IMG/VR virus record: IMGVR_UViG_3300038825_001186
Location: 1-34,286 of that record
Source of the DNA: a virus
Lineage: Duplodnaviria > Caudoviricetes
Direction: 5' to 3' (one strand)
Length of the DNA: 34,286 nucleotides
Of this stretch, positions 23,987-33,902 are shown piece by piece; the first letter of the stretch is position 1, and every line of letters begins with the position of its first letter. The notes under the pieces were generated by a model. The model was not told the DNA's origin. It was given only the letters and a program-made list of their open reading frames with translations, and searched no databases. The translations under genes and the position numbers were made by a program.

Positions 23987-26548
23987 TTATTGTCCCAAGT
24001 ATTCCCGTCCTGTGCGCGCTCCTACCTGCCCCGATGCGCGTCCCAATACGTTGATCAGCTGTTGCTTTGTAGCGTCTTGTGCCACGCCTTCGGTTAAGTA
24101 TCTTCTGCCGCTTGGCGTAATAATCGCATCGCCTATTTTTCTCTGTGCAAAGAATTTTGCCAATGCAACAGCCGGACGTTTAACAAACTCCATTGCTTGA
24201 TCATAATACGCTATTGCCTGACCCGATCTGGACGTATTCCTAAACCGCTCCGATGTGCTTGCTTCACGCAGCATCTTAGAAAAGTCTATCAGATCACGCG
24301 CCAACTCTTGCCCAAAAATAGCCACCATCTTCTTTTCGCCGCCGATGCTTTCTATAAAGCTTTGCATCTTCGCGCCGCTCAGATTCACACCCACATCACC
24401 TTTCACCTGTGCTTTTTCCCGCATCTCTTCCAATACTTCAGCCTGTAGGTTCCTAAACGCTTCTACGCCCTCTTTTGATGCCGGCACGCCCGATGGCGTT
24501 TCCACTGCACCTAAGAGTTGTTTAAGGCGTATTACTTCCGTTGGCTGGAAATTGCTGCTCATGACGCGAGTTGCTATACCTTCTGTTTTATCTGGATTCT
24601 TAACCAGATTTGCAGCTGAACTTGCATCTAAGTCGAACGACTCTTTAGCCATTAGTCTTGCCTGGCGCGCTTTTGCCGGCAATTCTCTGGGCAATCGAGC
24701 AGCCTGACCCATTTGTTCGTCTGCTTGTGCAGCTAATGCGTCTTTGGTCGCTTGGCTGCCACCTTCCAGGTCTACAATGCGTTTGTTCAACAACGTATCT
24801 AATCGCTGCTGATTGAATTGACTCAACTCGCCACGCTCTACTGCATCCACCAAACGCGGTGCAAAATCCATCAACTCTTCGCTGTTCATATCCCCAATAG
24901 CCGACTCTACCATATCTACGTCACGGAAATCAATATCCTGTTCACGCCGGGCAAACAGACTCAACGCCTCTTCTTCTGGATCAGCTGCAATCTTTTTGTA
25001 AAAGGTGTCGTCGCGGCGCAGTGCCTCTAACAAATCGTCTTGTGTTTCTATGCGAAGCTGTGGGAATCGTGACCGCAGCTGTTCAGCCACCAGATCAGCA
25101 CCCTGCGGAGCCACTTTTGTTGCATTCCGTATGCTTGTTTCAACGCCTCTGAGCCGGCGCATAACGCGTGGCGATATGTTGTCTGGCAACCCTTTTGTAT
25201 TAAGGCCGCCAACGCGCTCAATGGCCTGTGATAGGCTAATCATGTTAGCCGGATCGACTGCACCTTGTGCCGCCTGACGCGCTGCAACATCCGACTCACG
25301 CGCTAATACACTCCGCATCTGTGCGTCATCTAACCGCGTTCCCTGCATAAAAAACGTTTCGGCATCATCTGCTAATCCACCGTATACATCACGCAAATGT
25401 GCGTCTAACCCCGATGCGCGCGCTGTTTCCGGCTTGCTTCTGAGCATATTGCCTATGCGCTTTCTAAAATCATCCAACTGCTTGAACGAGGTAATTGTCC
25501 CCGTATCGTTCATAATCTTTGCCAAATCTTGATCTAATGCGCTGCCCGTCTGAAAACCACCCCCTGCGCCGGTGCGATCCATTACGCGCTGCACGGCTTC
25601 TTCCGTCTTCGATGTGACAACCCTTGCCTCTGGTGCTACAAACTTTTGTAACTCGTCATAGGCCTTACCTATCGCATCTTGCCGCACATCAACTGCCGTT
25701 TCTACAGCCGTGTTGTATAGCTGATTGCTATCAACGCCCTTCGCTATCTGCAAATCGCCTACTATGCGGTCAAATGCCTTACCCACTTCTTCGTTGTAGG
25801 GGCGCGTTACCTGCTCTTCATACCGGCCAATAGTTGCCGGGAATGTGTCTCTAACGCGCTCTTCAAGGTTTTGCAATGCTGGACTTGTCGTTTGCGCGCT
25901 GAGTGGCAACTTGCTTTCAATCTCCGTGCCAAGTTTTGTGTCGAATCGAGCCGCTTCGTCTATGACATTGCTGCGCTGCGTGCCGGTTACTGCGCCTTTA
26001 AACGGTGCAACCGCTGCCCTTCCTATTCTTGCTAATCCTCTACCTACTATGTCACCACCTGCTGATGTAAGTGCTTCCATCCCCAAATCACCGACATTCA
26101 CCCCCTCTTCACTACCCAACATATTACCAATGCCCTGCTCTATAGCTGCACCTGTAACGCCAGCTGCAGATGCGGCTGCGATAGGCGCGCCCGTAAATGC
26201 CGCTGGTGACGTTGCCAACCCTGCCAAAGTAGAAAGAAGGGTGCGCGGCAAGCGTCCCACCATGTCAGCCAGATCGCCTAATTCTATCTCATCTGGATCA
26301 ACCGGCTGCGTGCCTAATTCCGTTCGCACCATTGGCCGGCCATTGTCCAGATATGCGTCGTATCCTATGCGCCTTAGTATGCTAACTTCGCCTTCTGGCT
26401 TTGTGGCAAATCCAGACTGTAAACGATCAAAAAATCCAGGTGGTTCATTGTCGCTTACAAACCGTCTTAAATCATTGGCTGAAAATCGTGCAGCTATTTC
26501 TTCTGGCGTAAGGCCACGCAAATCATTGAGTGTAAGTTTTTTTGACAT
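23987..26548 (-). CDS. Putative internal virion / DNA ejection protein (853 aa)
   Basis: Helical Ala/Gly-rich protein with a hydrophobic glycine-zipper segment; third of three large genes between nozzle and tail fibre. Confidence 0.6.
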   Translation of the reverse strand: MSKKLTLNDLRGLTPEEIAARFSANDLRRFVSDNEPPGFFDRLQSGFATKPEGEVSILRRIGYDAYLDNGRPMVRTELGTQPVDPDEIELGDLADMVGRLPRTLLSTLAGLATSPAAFTGAPIAAASAAGVTGAAIEQGIGNMLGSEEGVNVGDLGMEALTSAGGDIVGRGLARIGRAAVAPFKGAVTGTQRSNVIDEAARFDTKLGTEIESKLPLSAQTTSPALQNLEERVRDTFPATIGRYEEQVTRPYNEEVGKAFDRIVGDLQIAKGVDSNQLYNTAVETAVDVRQDAIGKAYDELQKFVAPEARVVTSKTEEAVQRVMDRTGAGGGFQTGSALDQDLAKIMNDTGTITSFKQLDDFRKRIGNMLRSKPETARASGLDAHLRDVYGGLADDAETFFMQGTRLDDAQMRSVLARESDVAARQAAQGAVDPANMISLSQAIERVGGLNTKGLPDNISPRVMRRLRGVETSIRNATKVAPQGADLVAEQLRSRFPQLRIETQDDLLEALRRDDTFYKKIAADPEEEALSLFARREQDIDFRDVDMVESAIGDMNSEELMDFAPRLVDAVERGELSQFNQQRLDTLLNKRIVDLEGGSQATKDALAAQADEQMGQAARLPRELPAKARQARLMAKESFDLDASSAANLVKNPDKTEGIATRVMSSNFQPTEVIRLKQLLGAVETPSGVPASKEGVEAFRNLQAEVLEEMREKAQVKGDVGVNLSGAKMQSFIESIGGEKKMVAIFGQELARDLIDFSKMLREASTSERFRNTSRSGQAIAYYDQAMEFVKRPAVALAKFFAQRKIGDAIITPSGRRYLTEGVAQDATKQQLINVLGRASGQVGARTGREYLGQ

Positions 26549-26556
26549 TTAGTTTC

Positions 26557-28089
26557 TCAATTTCGGCTGTAAAGCAATCCACCAGCACCAGAAAAGCCTG
26601 TATTTATTGGTTGCCTATAGTTACCCTGCGATTGCATCCCCAACGCCTTTTGAACGTTTTCTAAAACATCTGAATCACTGAACGTCTGACCTATGGCCTG
26701 TATCTCATTAAGGTCTAATCGGATACCGTCATATCTACCTCTTAGTTCCTTAATTGTATCTTCACCTAACCGTGTATCTATTGCCGGCAACCTAAACGGA
26801 CTGCTCCGTTTCTCTAAATCATTCCGCGTTGTAAAGTCTGAAACCCTGCCCGTAATAGCGTCATTGATAAACCCGTCAATTTCTTTCATTCGCGCGTTAT
26901 ATGATGCAAATGCTAACTCAATGATTGTTTGCCTTCCTTTATCATTAAGCCTTGTCCCATCAAAAAACTGACTAAGTTTAATGCCAGCTTTATCGTACAC
27001 AGCTATTGCTTCGGTAAGCGTATTATATTCTTCGTTTCGCACTACTGAGCCAGGATCTTGTAATTTTGCCAACGCTTTAAGCATCGCAATATCGGCAAAC
27101 CCTCCACCTATTTTTGATGATTGAACCACCTCATCCAATCCCCGACTAACATCATTCCGTATTCTCACCATTGGTTCACTTTTAACTATTGATTCAAACC
27201 CGTCGAGTATATCCCTTTTATCTGTGCGTAATTGCCTTAATTGAACGCCTTGCTCTTGCTGGTATCCATTTAAATACGCCTGTGCCAACTGTGGACTGCC
27301 GCCGGTTGTCTGTAAAAAGTCTGGCGAATTTATCACTTCTTCTCTAGTAAGGCTTGGCGATCCAACCGCCAATGCACCCCCTGCTTTACTCGCCATATCT
27401 ATCTTTTTATCTAATGACAATCCTTCAACTTGTGGCGTTTGTATGTTGAGCAATCTCGCTTCTGCAAGATCTCTCTGTAGCTGAAACAACTCATTTTGCT
27501 GCGCCTGTTCTAATACACCTGCTTGGCGTTGTCTTATCGTTGCATCAAACACACTACGCCCGTAATCACTGGTCACACCTTCGGGATACTGTACGCCGGA
27601 CTGACCCACTGCGCGCAACAGTTCAACGCCCTGTGGCGGTGCTATGCTAACCCCTTTGCCCAACATCCTATCGGTTGGTAAAGGTGCTGCTTGTCCAGCG
27701 GCCTCGCCTAACTGTCTATCAATCGTCATCTGTGCAGCTGTGTTTTGTAGTCTGCGCGTTTCCTCAGCTGCTTGTCGCGCGGCTTCTGCTTCTTTCATGC
27801 CGCTATACAACCCAATCGCCTGTGACCCCAAGCCGGCAACCTGACCCAATGACCGCAACGTATTGGCTCGATCACTGCCCCTGTAAGTGACGGGAATCTG
27901 TGCCGCCCTTGCATTGCCGCCAAACGCGTTCATAAGGTTTACGCGGTTGTTTTCTTTTTCTTGTGCTACGCGTTGCCGTTCGCGCGCCCGGTTCATAGCA
28001 CGCTGCTCTGCTTGCTGCGCTTTGCCACCTAAATAGGACTGCCCTGCTTGCAGTGCTAATTGGCCTAATATTGCCCACGGTATCGCCAT
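26557..28089 (-). CDS. Putative internal virion / DNA ejection protein (510 aa)
   Basis: Hydrophobic N-terminus MAIPWAILG, Gln-rich helices, K..DPGSVVR..E motif; synteny. Confidence 0.6.
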   Translation of the reverse strand: MAIPWAILGQLALQAGQSYLGGKAQQAEQRAMNRARERQRVAQEKENNRVNLMNAFGGNARAAQIPVTYRGSDRANTLRSLGQVAGLGSQAIGLYSGMKEAEAARQAAEETRRLQNTAAQMTIDRQLGEAAGQAAPLPTDRMLGKGVSIAPPQGVELLRAVGQSGVQYPEGVTSDYGRSVFDATIRQRQAGVLEQAQQNELFQLQRDLAEARLLNIQTPQVEGLSLDKKIDMASKAGGALAVGSPSLTREEVINSPDFLQTTGGSPQLAQAYLNGYQQEQGVQLRQLRTDKRDILDGFESIVKSEPMVRIRNDVSRGLDEVVQSSKIGGGFADIAMLKALAKLQDPGSVVRNEEYNTLTEAIAVYDKAGIKLSQFFDGTRLNDKGRQTIIELAFASYNARMKEIDGFINDAITGRVSDFTTRNDLEKRSSPFRLPAIDTRLGEDTIKELRGRYDGIRLDLNEIQAIGQTFSDSDVLENVQKALGMQSQGNYRQPINTGFSGAGGLLYSRN

Positions 28090-31000
28090 TTATAACATCT
28101 CCCATGACATTTCATTACCCATCTGCCGCAGTATATACACCTCGCCACCTGCCCCTAATGCCCTATCTGGACTAAATGGATCTTGTCTTGCGCCAGGCGG
28201 CAGTGGAGGAGGCGTGCCATCAAGTGTTCCATTATTTGCGTCACCGACTCCTGTAGTATTTGTAGTAGTGGTTCCATTGATAATGCCACCCAACAGATCA
28301 TTAAGAATTTGGTTGCGTTGCTCCGTATTGTAGAAACCCGATTGTGCCAATGCCAACGTCTGCTGCACATCCAAGTCCCTAATCTCACGGTCGAATCCAG
28401 TGCCGGCGCGCTGGTCTGCTCTGCCGGATAGCGTTGGTTCTCCCTCTACGCGACCAAAAAGTGCATCTTGTATAGCGCGTTCGGCCCGACTCTCTGCGCC
28501 CTGCGATGCGGCAAGATCTTGCTCGATGGCCCTTGATTGCAACGTCTGCGTAGGTGCTTGGTTATATCCGCGCGCGAAAAACTCACCCGTTGCATCTGCT
28601 TCCGATAACCTGCGCTGAAGATCAGCCGTTGCTAAGTCGGAGGATAACGCCTGTGCAGCACGAAGATCCGCTGCCGTTTGTAGTCCTCTATTTGCAATCG
28701 CATTCTGCACATCTTGCTGTGTTAGTTGCTGTCGTCGCAGGTTATCTGCTGTAGCAAGTTGTCTATTCAACCGCTGCGTTATTAGATCATCGCGCGCCTG
28801 TTCGCCGGCCAATGTTTGTATAGGATCGCCCGTTTGACCCGTTTGCACCTGACCGAAGAGAATAGACTCTAACTGCTGCTGTGCGCGTTGGTCATTAGCA
28901 CGCGCCAAGTCCTCTTCCAACCCCATCGCACGACCTGCCAATGTATCCACAGGTGCTTGATTAGCTGCTTCAAAAAACTGACCCGTCACCCCGGCTTCTG
29001 CTAACCTGCGCTGCAAGTCCTGTGTCACCAGGTCTGATTGAAGTGCATCAGCCGCACGTTCGTCTGCACTGCGCGCCAATCGTCTGCTTTCGGCTGCGCC
29101 TACCAGATCAGATCCCAATGCCTGTGTAGACCGCAAATCTGCTGCCTGTGCCAATCGACGCTGTAAATCTGCTGTAGTCAGATCACTCTGCAGCACTTGG
29201 CCGGCACGCTGATCTGCTGTGTTTGCCAGTGCGCGCTGTTGTGCAGCTGTGGCGAGGTCTGAACCCAACGCCTGCTGTGATCGCATATCTGCTGCTGCTG
29301 CCAGTTGACGCTGCTGTGCTGCTGTCGAAAGGTCACTGCCCAATGCCTGACCAGCACGTTGATCGCCACTTAGTGCCAACCTGCGCTGTAGTTCAGCAGT
29401 AACTAAGTCGGACTGTAATCCACGCTCTTGCCTACTGGCATCGTCCATTGCCAGCTGACGACCCAACCGTTCTGTTTCTAACTGAGCAAGCTGACCCTGG
29501 CGGCCAAACACATCTGCCCGCGCCTGTCGCTGCATCTCTTGATCTGCCAACCCAAGCTGATCTACGCGCGTCTGCAACCCTAATGCTTGAGATATTGCAT
29601 CGCCGGCAAGACCTGCCCCCAACGCTTGCCTGTTGTCCATTTGTGCCGATAGGCCGGCCACATCGCCAATGGATGCCCTCGCCAAATCCTCGTTAGCTAA
29701 CCGTAGATTATCGCGCCTACCCTCAAAGTTCAACGCGTCATTGATCGCTTGTGTTTGTAGGTCATACCCTAATGCGTTTATGTCGTTTAATGTGCGTTCA
29801 CGCGACCCGATAAAGTCACCAAACGCCTCTGCCGTATCGCCACTTCGCAGCACACCCAAGCGGTTTAAGTTTTCGCGTAATTGTCGTTGCTGGTCTTCGC
29901 TGCGCTGTAGAAAGTCTGCACGCTGTTGCTCTATAAGTGGGTTGCTGCCACCACTCAAGCGATCAAGTATGGCTTGTTCAGCCTGTTGGGTAAGGTTGGT
30001 ATCGAGCGATACGCCCGTATTGTTCAGCCTGTTTCGTGCCGCCACCATTGCTTGATCTAAGTCAGCACCAGACCCCAATGGATTGCCCTGTAATCGGCTT
30101 AATACGTTCTGCTGCGCTGCATCTGTTAAAGCTGAGTCTGTGTCTACCAACTTGCCGGCACGCACTTGGTTCAACAGTGCTTGGTCAGCTGCTATCGCGC
30201 CATAATCGTTGCGCGTTGTGCCAATCCCTGTTCCCGTTCCCACCTTCAATGCGTCATCAAACCCCAATGCGCTATACGGCGTTGCTACTCCCGTTCCCGT
30301 ATCCATTGCAGTCGCACCTGTCATATCAACTGGATTAATACGGGTAAAATCTGCGCGTGTTTGGTTGTAATCTCCTACAGCAGTGCCGGGCGTAATGCCA
30401 AGACGCGCCATCGCATCAGACATCGTTTCGCCCTGCACGTTATTAAGGTTTGATGCTGTTATATTTTCCTCACCTATCGCAGTGCCTGGCATAATACCTA
30501 AACGCTCCATCGCGTCAGCAAACGATTCACGGCCACCCATCGCACCACCACCGCCGCCTATGCCCGTGCTACCACTGAACCCACTCAAATCTGCCGGTGC
30601 GTTTAATGGCGTATCTGCTTGGCCCTGCATCATAAACGCTGTATTAGCTGCGCCTAATATTTCTCCTGGCGTAAACCCCATATTTGCATAGCTTGGTGCT
30701 GTTGCTACCGTCTGCACTGCTGAACTACCAAAATTGTCCCGGTATTGCTGGTTCGGATCAGCTACCGTTGTCTGCACAGGCGATTGGCTAAACTGCTCCC
30801 TGTATGCCTGATTGCCACCTATCGAACCCGTTGCAGATGCACTGCTCGTTGGCCTATTCATGACCTGACCGGCATTACCACCCATAACAAAATTGGTATT
30901 AGCAGCACCTTGTGGCACACCCGAAGTCATGCCCCCCATAGCATCAGCCATGCTTCTGCCGGCAAACGGATTGGTTCCACTCTGCTGTGTATTATTTTGC

Positions 31001-31185
31001 ATCGTTGCAGCTGTGTTTGTTGCGCCAATAGGCCCTGTATTCAACCCCAACGCGCTATACATAGCTGCCATGCTGTTCTGGCCGCCACCACTGCCTGTCA
31101 TGCTGAAATAATCCGCTGCAGACATTTGTTGCTTAGGTTTGGTGATGTTGAATGGGTTCATGTTTGCCGGCCCGTACATATTCAT
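28090..31185 (-). CDS. Putative ejection protein with 25-aa tandem repeats (1031 aa)
   Basis: Low-complexity Met/Gly/Asn N-terminus and a long Ala/Gln/Leu helical repeat region; TAATG-coupled to the nozzle gene. Confidence 0.6.
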   Translation of the reverse strand: MNMYGPANMNPFNITKPKQQMSAADYFSMTGSGGGQNSMAAMYSALGLNTGPIGATNTAATMQNNTQQSGTNPFAGRSMADAMGGMTSGVPQGAANTNFVMGGNAGQVMNRPTSSASATGSIGGNQAYREQFSQSPVQTTVADPNQQYRDNFGSSAVQTVATAPSYANMGFTPGEILGAANTAFMMQGQADTPLNAPADLSGFSGSTGIGGGGGAMGGRESFADAMERLGIMPGTAIGEENITASNLNNVQGETMSDAMARLGITPGTAVGDYNQTRADFTRINPVDMTGATAMDTGTGVATPYSALGFDDALKVGTGTGIGTTRNDYGAIAADQALLNQVRAGKLVDTDSALTDAAQQNVLSRLQGNPLGSGADLDQAMVAARNRLNNTGVSLDTNLTQQAEQAILDRLSGGSNPLIEQQRADFLQRSEDQQRQLRENLNRLGVLRSGDTAEAFGDFIGSRERTLNDINALGYDLQTQAINDALNFEGRRDNLRLANEDLARASIGDVAGLSAQMDNRQALGAGLAGDAISQALGLQTRVDQLGLADQEMQRQARADVFGRQGQLAQLETERLGRQLAMDDASRQERGLQSDLVTAELQRRLALSGDQRAGQALGSDLSTAAQQRQLAAAADMRSQQALGSDLATAAQQRALANTADQRAGQVLQSDLTTADLQRRLAQAADLRSTQALGSDLVGAAESRRLARSADERAADALQSDLVTQDLQRRLAEAGVTGQFFEAANQAPVDTLAGRAMGLEEDLARANDQRAQQQLESILFGQVQTGQTGDPIQTLAGEQARDDLITQRLNRQLATADNLRRQQLTQQDVQNAIANRGLQTAADLRAAQALSSDLATADLQRRLSEADATGEFFARGYNQAPTQTLQSRAIEQDLAASQGAESRAERAIQDALFGRVEGEPTLSGRADQRAGTGFDREIRDLDVQQTLALAQSGFYNTEQRNQILNDLLGGIINGTTTTNTTGVGDANNGTLDGTPPPLPPGARQDPFSPDRALGAGGEVYILRQMGNEMSWEML
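28969..29418 (-). repeat. 75-bp/25-aa tandem repeat, 5 full units plus a diverging sixth
   Basis: L[QG]SDL.TA..QR.LA..AD.R..QA units start at 29418, 29343, 29268, 29193, 29118 and 29043. Confidence 0.85.
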
Positions 31186-32747
31186 TAGCTAACCCCTGCT
31201 CTTGGTTTCCTATGCCGCCCAATGACCTTAAACTGTAGATGTGTACGGCGTATTCTATAGGGTTCATCTTTCGTGTTGTTGGTAAACTTCAAACTGCTGT
31301 GTGGATCGTATCCTTTCAGATCTATATCCTTTGACACCATGCGCTTGGTGCCTACAGCATCTACGCCCAGAGTAAACGAATCCATCACACCGCCGCCGCC
31401 CGTTGTCGTCAACGTAGTCGTGTTTCCACCCACCCCTTGTGATTCTTGCTGCACACCGAGCGTGTATGCACCCAACGCATCAAAGTATGTCCGTGCATAC
31501 AACCACCTCAGATCAACGTCACCCCCTAACGGTGCTGGTGCAGATGTTTCAAAATGCGTGTCGTATGCTGCACCTTCATGGCTGTAATAGGCTGCCGGCG
31601 CATGATCTAACAACTTGCCGTTAAAGTTCCCTGCGTGCGGCTTGTCGTCTATGATGCCGGCACAGTTGCGTTCAAACGTTGTCCCTGCACCATTCAAAGG
31701 CCCATACCACGCAAACCGCGTCTGTCCAGAAACGTCATCCACGTACCTATGCCGCAGTGACATCACCATTATTTCATTGCAGTTTGTATTGTCGTTCGGT
31801 AGCCAAAACCACACCTCATTCTCGTCTGCGTAATACACAGCAAACGATTGGTGTAGCCGATTCTTTGACAGATCCGGCCAGTATCCTTCATCCAGCGCAT
31901 AGGACACTTTTTCAACCGTTTCGCCGCCGGCCCACATATACACGCCATCTTCTAATACGAACACCTGCGCGTTGCCAGGAATCGTTACAACAGCACGGCC
32001 CGATAGTGTGCCACCCTGTTGTGGGTTGCGTGGATCTGTTGTAGTGCGTTGCTGAAGTTGGTATGGAATGGTCGCGTTGCCGGTAGGCAGTAGAATAGAT
32101 ATGAAATCTTCTGTATGAATTGCTAACGCGTTTTGTAGTGGCTGTAGACCCGTTACAGGCGAACCCAAGTTATAAAAAGACGATGCGCCCCACGTTTCTG
32201 GATCGCCGGCATCTGAATACCAGACCCTATCTTTGTCTGCATTTGTGTTAGCACAAAACACACGGTTATCAAAGAATGCAACGTGTTCGGCTGTAGTAAA
32301 CCGACTGTCCACATCCAACACATCCGCGTTGCCCGTCCCTGTCCATTTGATTGGAGGATTCACGCCATTTGTCAGAATAAGCGTATCAAACGCGCGCACC
32401 CATTGAAACGTGTTATCATCCCCAGCTGTTATCGTGACAGACCCGGTTATATCTGTCCAACCGCTGTTGTAGTAATAAATCTTGTCACCAGCCACAATAA
32501 ACACATACTCTGTGCCGCTCGATGGCGCACGAAACTGCCCACAGGCTGTAAGTGTAGGCGTGCCGGCTAATGCACTGGCATTCTCATAGCTTTTGACACC
32601 CAACACCTTTTCAACCGATGCCGCTTGTGTCAGACGCGTGTTGAGCATATCGCGCAACCCGTTCGGCCCAATATCTTCAGCAGCCAAATCATACCGCACG
32701 CCCTGCGTCCACGGCCCGTATTTAATAGTCTCTGCAGCTATAGGCAT
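31185..32747 (-). CDS. Tail nozzle / DNA-stabilisation protein (P22 gp10 / tubular protein B-like)
   Basis: 520-aa beta-propeller-like sequence (LILTNGVNPPIKWTG, F.NRVF, RVWYSD.GDPETW); follows the adaptor. Confidence 0.75.
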   Translation of the reverse strand: MPIAAETIKYGPWTQGVRYDLAAEDIGPNGLRDMLNTRLTQAASVEKVLGVKSYENASALAGTPTLTACGQFRAPSSGTEYVFIVAGDKIYYYNSGWTDITGSVTITAGDDNTFQWVRAFDTLILTNGVNPPIKWTGTGNADVLDVDSRFTTAEHVAFFDNRVFCANTNADKDRVWYSDAGDPETWGASSFYNLGSPVTGLQPLQNALAIHTEDFISILLPTGNATIPYQLQQRTTTDPRNPQQGGTLSGRAVVTIPGNAQVFVLEDGVYMWAGGETVEKVSYALDEGYWPDLSKNRLHQSFAVYYADENEVWFWLPNDNTNCNEIMVMSLRHRYVDDVSGQTRFAWYGPLNGAGTTFERNCAGIIDDKPHAGNFNGKLLDHAPAAYYSHEGAAYDTHFETSAPAPLGGDVDLRWLYARTYFDALGAYTLGVQQESQGVGGNTTTLTTTGGGGVMDSFTLGVDAVGTKRMVSKDIDLKGYDPHSSLKFTNNTKDEPYRIRRTHLQFKVIGRHRKPRAGVS

Positions 32748-33658
32748 TAACCGGCCTCTACTACTAACGAGTTATCGGTGCGTACAATAAATGCGTATGG
32801 CTGATCAGATGCCGGATACCGACGATTGCCCTGTTGCGCCAGGTTCGCTTTCATCATCAGCCGCACTACGCGCGCCATCTCTGCAGCTTCGCGCTGCGCG
32901 CCTGACTCATCCCCCTTCTCTTCGTAATACAGCTTCGATGCACCGTAAACAAGCGCAGACTCAGCTATTTGTGGGAAACCCAGCGTGAGGAATGTTTTGT
33001 TGTCGTCTGATGCGCTCCATTCAGCTATAGCAATCTGGTATCTGACGCGAATCGTGACATTGGTATCCGATGGCGTGTAATACAGTTCAATCGTGGGATA
33101 CCCCGTAGTCGTATCAACGCCGCCAATAAATACTTTATATACGTTGCCGGTAAGACTTCGGTCTTCGTCCGACATATCGTATTCATCCGGCCCGACGATC
33201 TCTAACGGCCATTCGTCTGTTTCGTTGACAAACGACCACCATGCAGTGACCGCCCCGTCTACAGGCGTGTAAACGCGCGTTATAGAAGACGAATCAAACG
33301 TAGCTGTGACACCGCTTGTGCCGCCAGTTAGCGTTTCAGTGGCCGTGAATGTGCCGGACTCGCTATAGACATACAGCCGATTATTGGTAGTGTCGTGCGA
33401 ATCCACAATAGCCGTCTTGCCACTTGTCCCACCTGTGACCGTTTCGCCCACAGCAAACGTGCCACTGGCAGACGAAACAACAAACGTCAACGTAGTCTTG
33501 AACGTGGTCGTACGGTCTAACCACCACCACTTGAGCAGGTTTGATATTTCAACGGCTGTCAGATTTAGGTATTTGCGCGCGCGGTTCTTAAACGATGTGT
33601 TGCCACTATCCAACCCTACGCGATCTAATACCAGGCTGATACCTTCGTCTAATGTCAT
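32747..33658 (-). CDS. Head-tail adaptor (tubular protein A-like) with an inserted beta domain
   Basis: MTL.E....V..R...YLN....I....WWW start; IELY.TP and ALVYGA helical end; synteny. Confidence 0.7.
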   Translation of the reverse strand: MTLDEGISLVLDRVGLDSGNTSFKNRARKYLNLTAVEISNLLKWWWLDRTTTFKTTLTFVVSSASGTFAVGETVTGGTSGKTAIVDSHDTTNNRLYVYSESGTFTATETLTGGTSGVTATFDSSSITRVYTPVDGAVTAWWSFVNETDEWPLEIVGPDEYDMSDEDRSLTGNVYKVFIGGVDTTTGYPTIELYYTPSDTNVTIRVRYQIAIAEWSASDDNKTFLTLGFPQIAESALVYGASKLYYEEKGDESGAQREAAEMARVVRLMMKANLAQQGNRRYPASDQPYAFIVRTDNSLVVEAG

Positions 33659-33665
33659 TCATAGT

Positions 33666-33902
33666 CTACGATGTGGTTATGTTTACCCACGCGCCGCCCT
33701 TATACACCTGTAGCTGATCGTCTGTTGTGTTGTATATGATCCAGCCATTCGATGCCGTTAGCGCATTGCGTTCAGTTGTGGTTAATGTCGGTGCTTGAAG
33801 CACTTGCCCTATCTCTACTACATCAAACTGTGCAACCGTGCCAAACGTAGTTGCTTGCTTAACCTGCCCTGCAATGTTTGGCGATTGCCGGGGTATCTGC
33901 AT
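33666..33902 (-). CDS. Small virion protein consisting of one fibre-type module
   Basis: P.LTTTERNAL...NG.IIYNTTD..LQVY.G..W motif, usually seen within fibre proteins. Confidence 0.6.
   Translation of the reverse strand: MQIPRQSPNIAGQVKQATTFGTVAQFDVVEIGQVLQAPTLTTTERNALTASNGWIIYNTTDDQLQVYKGGAWVNITTS

Noticed and set aside
28969-29418. CRISPR array
   Set aside because: The repeats are degenerate, in frame and protein-coding, with no unique spacers and no cas genes.
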